A stretch of 64,000 nucleotides of DNA from Candidatus Campbellbacteria bacterium GW2011_OD1_34_28. Lineage in GTDB: Bacteria > Patescibacteriota > Minisyncoccia > Phycocordibacterales > UBA12079. This document shows positions 20,094 to 28,416 of the stretch, piece after piece. The notes beneath the pieces are model-generated. The model had not been told where the DNA came from. It worked only from the letters and a program-made list of their open reading frames with translations, and ran no database searches. The stretch is from positions 490,303-554,302 of the forward strand of contig CP011215.1 of the NCBI GenBank assembly GCA_001029775.1, in the 5' to 3' direction. Position 1 is the first letter of the stretch. The number at the start of each line of letters is the position of its first letter. The position numbers were made by a program, and so were the translations under genes.

Positions 20094-20372
20094 ATGGGAG
20101 CAACATCACAATTTGTATCTAATATGAACGAATTTATCATAATACCACTTATTGGATTATTGATAAGTTTGGCAACACTGATATTTGTTTGGGGACTGGT
20201 TGAGTTTATACATGGATCGGGAAGTAACCCAGCAGCCAGAGAGACAGGGAAAAAACATATGATGTGGGGAATTATTGGATTGTTTATAATGGTTTTTGCG
20301 AAAGCAATTATTTCTTTGTTCATAAATTCTTTTGGAATTGATACTGCTCCGATAGATAACGCCTTGCTTTAA
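20094..20372 (+). CDS. VirB2/TrbC-like pilin 3
   Basis: FVWG...GKKHMMWGIIGLFIM. Confidence 0.75.
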   Translation: MGATSQFVSNMNEFIIIPLIGLLISLATLIFVWGLVEFIHGSGSNPAARETGKKHMMWGIIGLFIMVFAKAIISLFINSFGIDTAPIDNALL

Positions 20373-20506
20373 ATCAGGACTATTTAAACAAAAAACCACC
20401 GATAAATTTATCGGTGGTTTTTTGTTTGAAATTATTTAATAAATTTGGTACTATTATGCTCAAATCAATTTTGACTTTTGATTTTTAACTTTTAAATTTC
20501 TATAAT

Positions 20507-20629
20507 GCCGAGGTGGCGAATTGGATTAAAAACAAACTGCTTTGTTTTTAATCCGGTTCTGAGCGAAGCGAAGAAATTTCCGTTATCGAGTGAAGCGAGA
20601 TAGGAAATAGGTGGAAGACGCACTAGCCT
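20507..20629 (+). repeat. duplicated 5' half of tRNA-Leu(TAG) with ~91-bp insert in the D-loop
   Basis: GCCGAGGTGGCGAATTGG [insert] AGACGCACTAGCCT matches the downstream tRNA. Confidence 0.85.
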
Positions 20630-20669
20630 CTGGTTAAATGAAGCAGGATTGAAAAATAGGTAATATAAT

Positions 20670-20751
20670 GCCGAGGTGGCGAAATTGGTAGACGCACTAG
20701 CCTTAGGAGCTAGCGGGGCAACCCATGGAGGTTCAAGTCCTCTCCTCGGCA
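20670..20751 (+). tRNA. tRNA-Leu(TAG)
   Basis: GCCGAGG/CCTCGGC acceptor, TAG anticodon, long variable arm. Confidence 0.95.
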
Positions 20752-21015
20752 CAAAAACCAGACCTGAAAGCGACAGCTTTCAGGTCTTTGGTTTTTGTAG
20801 CCAGAGGAGAGGACTTGAACGGCGGAGGCGGTATACAAGACGAGCGAAGCGAGGGCTTGTCGCCGAGCCGCGTCCAGCAGTACTTAGGCTTTCGGAATCC
20901 GTAGCGAAGCGAAGGATGAGCGAAAGACTTAGTAACTGCGGGACAAGTCCTAACTTTTTAGCACAAAAACTTAGACCCAGAAGCACCAGCTTCTGGGTCT
21001 TTGGTTTTTGTAGTC
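20752..21015 (+). repeat. tRNA-linked 3' element (antisense tRNA end + core + decayed direct repeat)
   Basis: GAGGAGAGGACTTGAAC is the reverse complement of the tRNA 3' end; core GGCGGAG...GCGGGAC; then AAGTCCT and a duplicated hairpin. Confidence 0.85.
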
Positions 21016-21087
21016 ACAAAACATTTGCTAAATCATTAATTTGTGAAATAATTATAATAATTAAAAATTAATTTAATTCAAAAAAAA

Positions 21088-21648
21088 ATGACTACTATTT
21101 TATTTATTATTTTGGGAATAATTGCCGTTATTGCAGGATGGATTGCAATGACCTATAACGGTTTTATTACTTTAAAAAACAGAACAGAAGAAGCGTGGGC
21201 AGACATTGATGTTCAACTAAAGAGGAGATATGATCTTATTCCAAATTTGGTTAACACAGTAAAGGGATACATGACTCACGAGGCAAGTACTTTTGAAAAG
21301 ATTACCGAGGCTCGTTCAAACGCAATGAATGCACAAGGAGTTGAGGCAAAAGCACAATCAGAAAATATGTTATCAGGCGCTTTGAAATCTCTTTTTGCTG
21401 TTGCCGAAAGTTACCCAGACTTGAAAGCCAATCAAAACTTTTTGGAATTACAAAAAGAATTGTCAGACACGGAAAACAAAATTCAATCAGCAAGAAGATT
21501 TTACAACGGCAATGTGAGAGATTTGAATACAAAGATAGAATCTTTTCCATCAAATGTAATTGCAAATATGTTCAAATTTGTTAAGAGAGAATTCTTTGAG
21601 TTGGAAGAGGGATCGGAAGAAAAAGAACCCGTAGAAGTAAAATTCTAA
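21088..21648 (+). CDS. lemA: LemA family protein
   Basis: IDVQLKRRYDLIPNLV, AESYPDLKAN, RRFYN. Confidence 0.95.
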   Translation: MTTILFIILGIIAVIAGWIAMTYNGFITLKNRTEEAWADIDVQLKRRYDLIPNLVNTVKGYMTHEASTFEKITEARSNAMNAQGVEAKAQSENMLSGALKSLFAVAESYPDLKANQNFLELQKELSDTENKIQSARRFYNGNVRDLNTKIESFPSNVIANMFKFVKREFFELEEGSEEKEPVEVKF

Positions 21649-21662
21649 CAATTAAATAAAGC

Positions 21663-23456
21663 ATGCAAAATAAAAGCATTAAATCATATTTAATTTTTGG
21701 CTTGCTGTTTTTTCTTTTCGCAGCTCCTATAAATGCAGAGGAACAAAATAGAAGTTATCTCTATGATTCTTTTAAGGTAGATATTGTCATAAACAAAGAT
21801 TCTACTTTGGATATCACCGAGAGGCAGACCTTTAATTATAAAGGTAGATATAACAAAGGATGGCGTTCTATTCCTCTAGATAAAATTTCTGATATTACAG
21901 ATGTAAAAGTTATCGACGGAGCTACTGGTCTGGAATTAATCCATTCTTCTAAAATTTTAGAAAAAACTGATCCTGATAGTTGGGGTAAATATACATTTTA
22001 CAAACAAAATGGTGCTATAAATATCGAGTGGTATTACGATTTGGCTGATACTTCTCATGAATGGATTATTGAATATAAGGTTTATGGTGGTATTGGTTTT
22101 TATAATGATCATGATGAAGTTTACTGGAATCTATTCACAGATTTCGACGTACCAATTAATCATTTAGAAGTTTTAATTACCTTACCCTCTAATAATTTCT
22201 CAGAAGATGATATAACAGAAACTTTTTACAGTGATGCTGGGGGTCAATATTATTTGAAGAAGATGGAGGGTTCTGGGGTATTTTACTCTAAAGAAAATAT
22301 ACCCGTAAAAGCAGATGTAACTGTCGCTGTTGGTTGGCCAAAGGGTTTAATAAATCAAAGTTCATTTTGGTTGGGTTGGATAAAAATAAATATTCTCCTT
22401 ATCGTCTCGAGTCTTATTATTTTCCTTTGTTTAATAACTGGCTTTGTTTATTGGTATAGGAGTGAAAGAATGAATCAAGGTAGGGGAACAATCATTCCAC
22501 AATATGAACCACCTCAAAATCTACGTCCTGCTATGGCTGAAATAATTTGCAGAGAGGGTATAACCCCAAAGGCATGGCCTGCTACAATCGTCGATCTCGC
22601 AGTAAGAGGTTATATAACTATAACGGATAACACTAAAAAATTTCTTATATTCAAGACTCCTGATTTTGTCTTAGAGAAAAAGAAGAATTTTTTGAATGAA
22701 GATGGATTAGAAGATTATGAAAGAGAATATCTAACTATATTATTTTCATACGGAAAAGAAGGAAAGTTTTCTACAAGAGAAATGAATAAATCTTCTGATA
22801 CTATAAAGAGAGATATGTACAAGAAAATAAAGAAATTGGAGGAACATTTAATTAAAGAAACAGAAATTGATACAGGCGCTTTTGAGAAACTTCTTTCAAA
22901 AGAGAAAAAAATGTTTAGATGGATTATATTTTTAATTGTTTTCATCGCTTTTTCCGCGGAATATTCTATTTATCTTGTCACTGAACATTTACTTTCTACT
23001 AGTTTATTTTTGGTAATTAGTGCTGTGATTATTTTAATCTTTTTTATCAAGTATGAGGCTCGTTTAAATAAAAAAGGACAAATTTTGAAGGAAGATTGGC
23101 TTGGCTTTAAAATTTTCTTGGAAACCACAGGAAAAGATAGAATGCAAAATTTAACTCCAGAAATTTTTGAAAAATATTTACCATATGCCATGATTTTTGG
23201 GATAGAAAAACAATGGGCGAAAAAATTTGAAGGTATACACATGGTTCCTCCTGTTTGGTACCACAATACTGGTGCTATGATTGCTAGCAGTAGTTCGCTT
23301 GGTAACAGCGCTTCCAACTTTTCTCCTTCTGCTTTCTCTTCTTCTTTCTCGTCTGCTTTTTCGTCTGCCTTTTCTAGTTCAGCTGGTGGAGGTGGTGCTG
23401 GAGGTGGCGGGGGTGCCGGAGGCGGTGGAGGAGGTGGTGGAGGAGGCGCCAGCTAG
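21663..23456 (+). CDS. DUF2207 family membrane protein
   Basis: YWNL, ATIVDLAVRGY, LPYAMIFG, Ser/Gly-rich tail; lemA-htpX context. Confidence 0.85.
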   Translation: MQNKSIKSYLIFGLLFFLFAAPINAEEQNRSYLYDSFKVDIVINKDSTLDITERQTFNYKGRYNKGWRSIPLDKISDITDVKVIDGATGLELIHSSKILEKTDPDSWGKYTFYKQNGAINIEWYYDLADTSHEWIIEYKVYGGIGFYNDHDEVYWNLFTDFDVPINHLEVLITLPSNNFSEDDITETFYSDAGGQYYLKKMEGSGVFYSKENIPVKADVTVAVGWPKGLINQSSFWLGWIKINILLIVSSLIIFLCLITGFVYWYRSERMNQGRGTIIPQYEPPQNLRPAMAEIICREGITPKAWPATIVDLAVRGYITITDNTKKFLIFKTPDFVLEKKKNFLNEDGLEDYEREYLTILFSYGKEGKFSTREMNKSSDTIKRDMYKKIKKLEEHLIKETEIDTGAFEKLLSKEKKMFRWIIFLIVFIAFSAEYSIYLVTEHLLSTSLFLVISAVIILIFFIKYEARLNKKGQILKEDWLGFKIFLETTGKDRMQNLTPEIFEKYLPYAMIFGIEKQWAKKFEGIHMVPPVWYHNTGAMIASSSSLGNSASNFSPSAFSSSFSSAFSSAFSSSAGGGGAGGGGGAGGGGGGGGGGAS

Positions 23457-23488
23457 GATATTTTTTAAATTATAATATACTCTTACAT

Positions 23489-24394
23489 ATGGCAACACTT
23501 TATACTCATCAAGATTCAAATATTAGGAAAACATGGTTTTTAATGACCGTGTTTTTCGTCATTATAATTTGTCTTGGTTGGGCGTTTAGTTATTATTTTG
23601 AAAATCCGGCAATTTTATCATTTGCAATTATATTCAGTATTTTGATGAATATTACCAGCTATTGGTATTCTGATAAAATTGCACTGAAAATGTCAGGAGC
23701 AATTCCGGCTGACGAAATAAAATTTCAAGATCTTCACAACATTGTTGAAAATCTTTCCATCACAGCGGGCCTTCCAAAACCAAGAGTTTATATAATAAGC
23801 GACCCTTCTCCAAATGCTTTTGCAACAGGTAGAAACGCAAAAAATTCTGCCGTTGCTGTTACCACAGGTCTTTTAGATATTTTGGAAAAGAGCGAACTAG
23901 AAGGTGTGATTGCGCATGAACTCTCCCACATAGGAAACAGAGATATTTTGGTTTCTACTGTTGTTGTGGTACTGGTTGGCTTTATTGCCTTGCTGTCGGA
24001 TATGTTTTTAAGAATGGCTATTCATGGTGGGGGCAGAAGCAATGATTCTGGGAACAAGGGCAAGGCTATTATCCTCGTAATTGGGCTAATTTTGGCCATT
24101 TTAGCACCTATTGCATCTACTTTGATACAATTAGCAATATCTAGAAAAAGGGAGTTTCTGGCCGATGCGTCGGGGGCTCTCTTAACTCGTTATCCAGAAG
24201 GCTTGGCAAATGCTTTAAAGAAAATATCCGCCAATCCAAATCAGTTACAAAAAGTAAGCAAGGCGACTGCTCATATGTTTATTGCGAACCCATTTAAAGG
24301 GAAAAACATCTCTAATCTATTTATGACACATCCCCCGGTAGAAGAAAGAATTAAAGCATTATTAGGTAAAAATAATCCGAATGACCCGAATTAA
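23489..24394 (+). CDS. htpX: M48 zinc metalloprotease HtpX
   Basis: PNAFATG, HELSH, SRKREFLAD, THPP. Confidence 0.93.
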   Translation: MATLYTHQDSNIRKTWFLMTVFFVIIICLGWAFSYYFENPAILSFAIIFSILMNITSYWYSDKIALKMSGAIPADEIKFQDLHNIVENLSITAGLPKPRVYIISDPSPNAFATGRNAKNSAVAVTTGLLDILEKSELEGVIAHELSHIGNRDILVSTVVVVLVGFIALLSDMFLRMAIHGGGRSNDSGNKGKAIILVIGLILAILAPIASTLIQLAISRKREFLADASGALLTRYPEGLANALKKISANPNQLQKVSKATAHMFIANPFKGKNISNLFMTHPPVEERIKALLGKNNPNDPN

Positions 24395-24501
24395 ATCCTA
24401 ATTCCCCGAATTATCGAATCATCCGAATTTTATCACTTGTAATTCGTATTCGTAATTATTTGGGGCATTCGGATATAATTTGTAGATTCGGATTATATCT
24501 T

Positions 24502-25404
24502 ATGAAAGAAAATACCCATCTTTATTTTGCGGAAAAGGTTTTTGATTGTTTAGAAAATAAAAATCTTAGAAAAATTTTAAAAGAAAATTTTGATTATTAT
24601 GTTTTAGGAAGTGTTTTTCCTGATATTTTTTATCATAATAAAAAAACATCTGAAATATCCCAGATTATCCACGGAAGGGAATTGGAAAAAACCAATGAAT
24701 TGATATTTGATTTCTTAAATTATGCGAAAGAAAAGCAGGATGAAAAAAGTTTGGCCTTTACATTGGGATATATTTCTCACTATGTTTTGGATTCAAAATT
24801 GCATCCAATTGTTTATTTTTTGACAGGAAATTATTATGACAAAGATCAAACAAAAAGATTTTCTGCAATGTTACGTCACCGTCAATTAGAGACATTTTGG
24901 GATAAAAAACTAACAAAAGGATTTTCTCTTTGTAAAAAAGTAAAAATATCTTCGTTAAATGATCTAAGTCTGACGAATATAATTTTTGAAAAATACGAAA
25001 TAAATAAAAAGACTTTCATCTCTATTTTTAAGCAGTGCAAAATAAATAATAGGTTGTTTAGAAGTTATACGACTTATCTATTGTTTATTTTTTTGATTAA
25101 AGTCGGTTTATACAAAAACAAAACTGTTGATGGATTTTTTTTGTTCACCAAAAACAAAAATCTAGAAAACATAAGTAATGATTTAAGTTACAGAGATTTA
25201 ATTACAGGTGAACACAAAAAAGAAAATCTTTTGGATTTGATGAAAAAAACAGAGTTTTATTCAAAGGATTTGTTGGAATCAGCGTATGAATATTATTTGG
25301 GGAAAATAAGCATATTGGAATTGGAGAGAACAATTCCAGGCGTCAGTCTGGATACTGGTAAAATAGATTTTTCTGTCGAAAGTATTGTCTATACTAAATA
25401 TTGA
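24502..25404 (+). CDS. zinc-dependent phospholipase C family protein
   Basis: TH near N-terminus, GSVFPD, GYISHYVLD..HP, HRQLE. Confidence 0.75.
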   Translation: MKENTHLYFAEKVFDCLENKNLRKILKENFDYYVLGSVFPDIFYHNKKTSEISQIIHGRELEKTNELIFDFLNYAKEKQDEKSLAFTLGYISHYVLDSKLHPIVYFLTGNYYDKDQTKRFSAMLRHRQLETFWDKKLTKGFSLCKKVKISSLNDLSLTNIIFEKYEINKKTFISIFKQCKINNRLFRSYTTYLLFIFLIKVGLYKNKTVDGFFLFTKNKNLENISNDLSYRDLITGEHKKENLLDLMKKTEFYSKDLLESAYEYYLGKISILELERTIPGVSLDTGKIDFSVESIVYTKY

Positions 25405-25406
25405 TT

Positions 25407-25940
25407 TTATTCAACAAAAGTAAAAGATGAGACAATTTGAAGAAGGTCTTTTTTGATTATTTTGTCTTCCATATTCCAAGCAACAAACAAAAATTCATAA
25501 TTGTCTTTTGATGTAGTATAAACTTCACCATCGTTATAATTCATACCTTTTTGGTTTGCAACAAGGATCTCTTCTTTTGAAAATGGATCCATTCCACTTG
25601 GAGGAGCGAGACTGTCATCGCTATTTTCTACTTTTGCGATATTAACCAAAATTTCTTTTTGAGAACTGTTTGTTAGTTGGATTGTTTGGATAACACCTCC
25701 TGGTTGATCTCCATCGTTCCATTTGAAATCTTTTATTTTGTAATTTTTAGGATAATCAAATTTGAATCCATATTCTTGGTTTTGATATGTTCTTGTCTCA
25801 ATAATAGTTTTTTGTTCTTTCTGGATAGGGACATTTTCAGCAGTGGCTTTTTCAATGTTTTTGTTTTTAACAAATAAAAATGCAACAAAAGATGCCAATA
25901 TCAAAGCTATTATGGAAATAAGAATTATAAATTTTTGCAT
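25407..25940 (-). CDS. membrane-anchored PsbP-like hypothetical protein
   Basis: N-terminal TM, TYQNQEYGFKFDYP, IVSSFTF C-terminus. Confidence 0.6.
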   Translation of the reverse strand: MQKFIILISIIALILASFVAFLFVKNKNIEKATAENVPIQKEQKTIIETRTYQNQEYGFKFDYPKNYKIKDFKWNDGDQPGGVIQTIQLTNSSQKEILVNIAKVENSDDSLAPPSGMDPFSKEEILVANQKGMNYNDGEVYTTSKDNYEFLFVAWNMEDKIIKKDLLQIVSSFTFVE

Positions 25941-26016
25941 GGGTTAGATTTTAACATATTTTGATTCTTTTTATAAATTTTTTTTCCTGCGATATAATTA
26001 TTTTTTGTAAAAATAA

Positions 26017-26628
26017 TTATAAAGCTATTGTAGAAAGAACTGCTTGAAGATCAGTATCCTTTTTTTGTACCTCTATCGTAGGATAGCCGTATTTTTCGGC
26101 TTCTGCTCTAAGTTTATGACTAAAATCCAGCACCCACTCTATTTCTTTTGGTTTGAGGTCATCTGAATATTTTTTTGCATCATCCCAAAGTCCACGATTG
26201 TATATAACATCTTTTATTCTGTCTGCATCTTCATCCACTAAAAATACAGACGTAATTTCTTTGTTATTAGAAAAGTCTTTGGCTACTAGATGCGGTAATA
26301 TACCAACCCCTTCCATCACAAACCCTTTTTTCCATGTGTAATCATTTTCAATAAATTTTTTAATACCAACCCATACTGCCTCACTTTGTTCTAATTCTAT
26401 ATCTGCTATTTCTGAAGCAGAAAATTCAGTCAGAAATTTTTGAGCGTCATAACCTTCAATATTGAATAGTTTTGGATAATCTTCTCTTCGAGCAACGAGA
26501 CGCATGGTTTCTCGTATTTGGTCGGTAGAAATCCAAGGTAGATTCAAATGTTTTGCAACCAAAGCAGCCATAGTTGATTTACCAGTTGTGGGCGCTCCTC
26601 CTATAAGAATAATTTTTTTTGTTTTCAT
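26017..26628 (-). CDS. P-loop kinase (2-phosphoglycerate kinase-like)
   Basis: ILIGGAPTTGKST, STDQIRE, VMEGV. Confidence 0.7.
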   Translation of the reverse strand: MKTKKIILIGGAPTTGKSTMAALVAKHLNLPWISTDQIRETMRLVARREDYPKLFNIEGYDAQKFLTEFSASEIADIELEQSEAVWVGIKKFIENDYTWKKGFVMEGVGILPHLVAKDFSNNKEITSVFLVDEDADRIKDVIYNRGLWDDAKKYSDDLKPKEIEWVLDFSHKLRAEAEKYGYPTIEVQKKDTDLQAVLSTIAL

Positions 26629-26645
26629 GGTTTGAATTATTATTT

Positions 26646-26844
26646 TGCGGAGGGTACGAGATTCGGCGCCAGTTCTAAATAAAATTTTCGTCCTGCAGAC
26701 TTAATTTTATTAAGAACTCGCTGCCCCCGCTCACTCGTGTTCGTCGCTTCGCTCCTCCATACTCGCTCGGTTCGAATCTCTTCCCCTCGGTGTAACGACA
26801 CAAAACAAAAACAGTGCATTGGTACTGTTTTTGTTTTGGTCGTG
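26646..26844 (-). repeat. tRNA-linked 3' element (Ser subtype)
   Basis: 20-bp direct repeat of the tRNA 3' end at 26646-26665; inverted copy at 26770-26790. Confidence 0.85.
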
Positions 26845-26929
26845 CGGAGGGTACGAGATTCGAACTCGTGAAGGCTTTCACCTTGCCGCCTTTCCAAGAC
26901 GGTGCACTCGACCGCTATGCGAACCCTCC
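26845..26929 (-). tRNA. tRNA-Ser(GGA)
   Basis: GGAGGGT/ACCCTCC acceptor, GGA anticodon, long variable arm. Confidence 0.95.
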
Positions 26930-27005
26930 AATGAGAGTGATTATAACAAAATAAAAAAAATAGCCCAGCATGGATTGTCTTGCAACAATCTTTGCTGGGC
27001 TTTTT

Positions 27006-27281
27006 TTACTTGATCTCTGCCGTGATTTTGGCGGTGAGTTTTTTCAGATAATTTTTTGCCTTGGTGTCATAATGCTCTGGTATTGATTGATTCATCAACG
27101 CTATGGCGATGACGATCTCGTCGATTTTGTCACTGGGGAGTTTGCTCTCCCGAAGAATCGTACCGTATTTACGCATGTCGGCTTCTGCCTGAGCCGTCGG
27201 CAGATGTTCGATCTGTTCGCGCATTTTGCCGAGAATGACCTCGTGAAATGGTTGTTTTTTGCCATTTTTTTTCTCACTCAT
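27006..27281 (-). CDS. small orphan helical protein
   Basis: AAGGAGG SD; overlaps upstream ORF stop. Confidence 0.7.
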   Translation of the reverse strand: MSEKKNGKKQPFHEVILGKMREQIEHLPTAQAEADMRKYGTILRESKLPSDKIDEIVIAIALMNQSIPEHYDTKAKNYLKKLTAKITAEIK

Positions 27282-27583
27282 TTGCATTCCTCCTTTACCA
27301 GATTAGAAAGTGCAGAAATTGCCTCTGACAACTCGTTGATTGTTTGCAACGCATCGTCGTTTCTGAATGGTTGTATCTTGATTCTCATCTCGACTAATTT
27401 TGAAATAATAATTTCAATACTCTTTGTGTCTTTGGGCGGACACTCAGATAAATACCGACATACTCTTGCCACTAACTCTCTGTTTTTGGGAGCACAGGTA
27501 GCAAAAATTATGCCGTTGACATCTTTCTCCATATCACCAAGCATAATCTGGTATATGGGTGCTAAACTGTCTTTTCGGCACAT
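27278..27583 (-). CDS. small orphan helical protein
   Basis: AAGGAGG SD; weak similarity to the downstream ORF. Confidence 0.7.
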   Translation of the reverse strand: MCRKDSLAPIYQIMLGDMEKDVNGIIFATCAPKNRELVARVCRYLSECPPKDTKSIEIIISKLVEMRIKIQPFRNDDALQTINELSEAISALSNLVKEECK

Positions 27584-27729
27584 CAAAACCTCCTTGTCAA
27601 AAAATGGTTAATCTTGAATTTCTGACAAAATACTACATTTTTTGAATAAAAAAGACAAGGGATTTGACTTTAAGGCAAGTTTCCTGTTAAATCTTGCTAG
27701 AAAGATTAATTTAAAAGAGGAATATACTA

Positions 27730-28269
27730 ATGAATATTTATAAGGTAATAGCCAATTGTTTAAGTGCTTCAAGATTTTTAATTCCCATAATTCTTTTTGG
27801 ACCGCTAGGTTCTGTGGTTCAAAAAATTGTTGTTGTCATTGTTTTGATTTCCACGGATTTTGTGGACGGATGGTTTGCCAGAAAAGGAGGATCTCCTGCT
27901 CGTTTGGGGGAAATTCTTGATCATACATCTGACAAAGTTGCTTCGCTATCTGTTGGAATTTTTATTTTGTTAAATAATTTTGTTGTTTTCCCTGTAATAT
28001 TTACGGCTCTTGTTTCAGAAACCTTAATATTTTTGTTGTCAGCTTTGTTGGTTAGATTAAATGGTAACTTGATTATTACCAAGATCGGCAGAACAAAAAT
28101 GTTGTTTTTTTGTGCAGGGTTTGTTTTTATTTTTTTAAATCAAATCGATCCGAGACAAATTTTTGAAACGTTGATTTTTGTAAGTTTAGTAATAGGAATT
28201 TTGTTATCAATCATTTTAAATTTTTTTTACTCAACAAAAATTTTACAGCTTGCCATCTGTGGCAAGTAA
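27730..28269 (+). CDS. CDP-alcohol phosphatidyltransferase family protein
   Basis: ANCLSASR; DFVDGWFAR...GEILDHTSDK signature. Confidence 0.85.
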   Translation: MNIYKVIANCLSASRFLIPIILFGPLGSVVQKIVVVIVLISTDFVDGWFARKGGSPARLGEILDHTSDKVASLSVGIFILLNNFVVFPVIFTALVSETLIFLLSALLVRLNGNLIITKIGRTKMLFFCAGFVFIFLNQIDPRQIFETLIFVSLVIGILLSIILNFFYSTKILQLAICGK

Positions 28270-28338
28270 AAAGCGGTGTAAGACACCGCTTTTTTTATTT
28301 TTTAAATTTACATTTTATGAAAAATATTTTCTAAATCT

Positions 28339-28347
28339 TTATCCACA
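28339..28347 (+). promoter_or_regulatory. DnaA box upstream of ribonucleotide reductase
   Basis: TTATCCACA ~70 bp before the start. Confidence 0.5.
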
Positions 28348-28416
28348 AATAGATTTGAAAAAAAGAGAGTAGAATTTTAGTAAATTCATTATTAATTTAT
28401 TAAAAAAGTCTTCAAA

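Noticed and set aside
20507-20629. Intron-containing or split tRNA-Leu
   Set aside because: The interrupted copy stops in the anticodon loop with no 3' half, the insert is too short for a group I/II intron, and an intact gene follows.
20492-21071. ORFs overlapping tRNAs and their elements (also 3648-3914, 26640-27013, 32460-32881, 33513-33824, 53849-54055)
   Set aside because: Shadow ORFs over GC-rich RNA or repeat sequence with no protein motifs.
23281-23456. GGT/GGA-rich low-complexity repeat
   Set aside because: It is the usual Ser/Gly tail of DUF2207 proteins.
19656-28347. Replication origin suggested by DnaA boxes
   Set aside because: Only isolated single boxes, with no cluster or dnaA/dnaN nearby.
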